NCBI RefSeq assembly: GCF_030028105.1
Contig: NC_092378.1
Coordinates: 35,148,715-35,212,714, forward strand
DNA: 64,000 nt
Reading direction: 5' to 3'
DNA from: Mobula birostris
Taxonomy: Eukaryota
Under the pieces are notes generated by a model, which saw only the letters and a program-made list of their open reading frames with translations, ran no database searches and was not told the origin of the DNA. This document shows positions 61,471-64,000 of the stretch, one piece after another. The position numbers and the translations under genes were made by a program. Numbering within the stretch: the first letter of the stretch is position 1; each line of letters opens with the position of its first letter.

Positions 61471-63467
61471 TTAGAGAAGAAATATTTATTTATTTTTTCA
61501 CTGAAAAAATTTCAACTTCCTTTTGATGGGATATGACAACCCCTTTACGACATCCAGTGCTTTCTTTGTAACAATGTTTAGCATGAGTGATGAAACACCA
61601 CAGGACAGTCTCATGCTTTTGGAGTCATGGCTGGCAGCCGGCATCCTAAAAGTATAATGTCTGTAATTATTGTTTCCATGATGCTGAGATGTTTTCATTC
61701 CCTCAGCAGAAACAAATGTGTCGTAAACCATAAGCTGATTTTTTAAAAATGTGCCTACAACATCAATGTACAGCATATTGTGATCCTTGAGCCTGGAAAT
61801 AAATGACCAAACCAAATTATTTTTCCAGTTTTGGTATAGATTTTAAATGTTAAAATTTGGAAGAATTAAATGAAGCAGACTCAGCCTAAATTCGTTCAGC
61901 TTTTCTTTGTGACTTTATCTGCTTCCTTTGATTCTGCTGCGTAGGTTTGATCTCAAGTTCCCACAGTGAATATGTGTAAGTTCATTGGAGAACAAGGTTG
62001 CACAAGCCTCATCTGTTGAATATTTGTTTTTTTTTTATTATTATCCATTCAACCCCAGCTGGAATCTTGCTACGTAAGCACTTCAGTCTTCATTTTGCAA
62101 GGATTGTGAAGCTCAGAATTCTGAGTTTGTTCTTGTTATGTTCTGGTTTCTCCTTCAGCTCTGATGTGAGAAGACCAGGTGCACGCATTATATGAAGTCT
62201 TATTTTGTGACTGGCACTGAGATTTCTGCCCTTATGAACTCCTCTTTGCTTTTCCTCCCCCCTCATTTTCACTCGATGAATGATAGCTTTTCACCATCAT
62301 GGGAACATTGCAAGGAAGACAACGCTCAACACCCTGTCAACATTTTGGGGAAAAATTGTTCTTACTGCAGGTACCACCTATATTGATGGATTTTCTTTAC
62401 TGAGCAAATTTTTATCTCCTGCCGTTATTATTCACAAAGTTACTTATTTTGACTTGGCTCTGTATGTCAAATGCACATGCATTTGCATTCACCCATAAAT
62501 CCAATTTGGGCAAAATATAGTCCTGAGATTTGCACTCAACTCCATAAGTTTTATTGTGCGGCAACTGAGCTATCTCAGCCGGCAGTCAATTTAATTGAGT
62601 TTAACTGTCACCAGAAGGGTCTGCTGATTTTCAAAGCTCTTGCTATTAGACCTTAGAAAGAAAGCAAGAATGATAGTTGTAAGAACACTGCAATGGAATA
62701 ATGCCCATCCTTACATACATCACAGTTGAAGGAAATAATGCAAAATTCTTTCTTGAAATATTTGGAGGTGAGAGCTGGAAAGCAGCTCCGTTTCTGGATT
62801 TCATTCTCTTTCACTTTCTATTTTTTAAGCCCTAGCCTGTTCCCTGATGTTGATTACCATAGTGTGCTCATCAGAGATAGTCTCTTTAGTCTCTCAAGAG
62901 TGGGACTCAAAATCTGACAAACAGATGAATCTGGCAAGTCATCACCACCTTATCTGAGTTAGTAGTAAACTCACAGATTTGAACCAAACCACTACATTAT
63001 TACACAAGCTGAGAATGTTCAAAATCTGTCCATTAATTTCCTGCCGTGAACCAATAAATGTGTTTGTGCTAAATATGGAGCTTGACACATTGTAATTGTA
63101 GGGTACAAAACTAAGGATGAGATAAAGTAAATGTGTTTGACTGATTAAAATATCAAAAAAAAATCAAGGCAATATTACATACTTCTAAAACTGATAAAAT
63201 GAATCACTTGAAAGACCCAGAAATACTTTATCTACAAAGTATTATCATTTATTCTGATTTGCTAATGACTTTTGCTATTGAAAAGTCTCACCATTTCCCA
63301 ACAAGAAATTACCTGCATTGGCTGTTACAGAGCTAATTCAGGAGAGCAGGAGAGCTGTACAGCTGCACTACGGCTGGTCACAGTTGTAAACAGAGAGTGA
63401 AGGGCATCATCTCTACAAGCATCAGGTAGAAGGTCTCCAGATTTGAGCATTTGTCAGATCTGTGCAG

Positions 63468-64000
63468 CATCTTGCTTTGCCCTTAAATTCAGTTGGTCCA
63501 TTTCTGACACCTCCCTCCCCTTTCTCAATCTCTCTGTCTCCATTTCTGGGGACAAACTGTTGACCAATATCTTTCATACACCTACCACTTCCAAAGGCTA
63601 TCTTGCCTGTAGATCTTCCCATGCTGTCTCCTGTAAAAATGCTATTCCCTTTTCTCAGTTCCTTTGCCTCTGCCACTTCTGTTCCCAGGATGAGGTTTTC
63701 CTATCCAGGACATCAAAGCTGTGCACCTCCTTCAAAGAAAGGTGTTTCCCGTCCTCCACCATTGATGTTGCATCTGCATCTCCTCTATTTCCCAGACATT
63801 CACCCTCACCCATCTTCCCACTGCCTTAACAGTGATAGAGTTCCTCTTGCCTTACCTACCACCCCGTGAGCCTCCACACCCAGCATATCATTCTCCACAA
63901 CTTCCAGCATCTCCAAAGATGTAAACACATGCTCCGCTTTCTGCAGGGATAGCTCCCTCCATGATTCCCTTATCCATCTGTCCGTCCCCATTAATCTCCC
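63468..64000 (+). mobile_element. Penelope-like retroelement RT C-terminal fragment (runs off the window)
   Basis: ORF 63443..63829 LKFSWSISDTSLPFLNLSVSI...IFHTPTTSKGYL...SSHAVSCKNAIPFSQFL, typical of the PLE RT end/thumb region. Confidence 0.85.

Noticed and set aside
41000-64000. WNT7B or other coding exons downstream of ATXN10
   Set aside because: No Wnt cysteine-pattern peptide or other recognisable protein in any listed frame; very small exons cannot be excluded.
60537-64000. The two PLE fragments as one inverted element
   Set aside because: They are separated by about 2 kb of unique sequence, are diverged where they overlap, and show no shared TSD; more likely independent copies.

Overview
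Eukaryotic (vertebrate) genomic DNA, AT-rich and repeat-rich. The repeat families (HER1-like CR1, V-SINEs, Penelope-type inverted ends) point to a cartilaginous fish, probably a ray; this is an inference. The only host gene is the 3' end of ATXN10 (ataxin-10) on the + strand: a 64-nt exon (14250-14313) and the last coding exon (39616-39800). They are joined by a ~25.3-kb U12-type (minor spliceosome) GT-AG intron with a consensus donor (GTATCCTTT) and branch site (TTCCTTAAC). The rest is intronic or intergenic and holds nested transposable elements: Rex1/Babar and CR1 LINEs (one CR1 keeps an esterase ORF1 remnant plus near-complete ORF2), Penelope-like element (PLE) fragments, tRNA-derived SINEs, and hAT, PIF/Harbinger and Tc1 non-autonomous DNA elements. 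There are also two minisatellites, a 268-bp tandem duplication and two assembly gaps. The most notable non-obvious signal is a family of short, TSD-flanked, often palindromic PLE-end elements carrying minimal type I hammerhead ribozyme motifs. Inside ATXN10 the sense-strand motifs are all broken, while intact or near-intact cores lie antisense. I see no prokaryote-type system and no novel protein-coding gene. All calls are by eye, without database searches.
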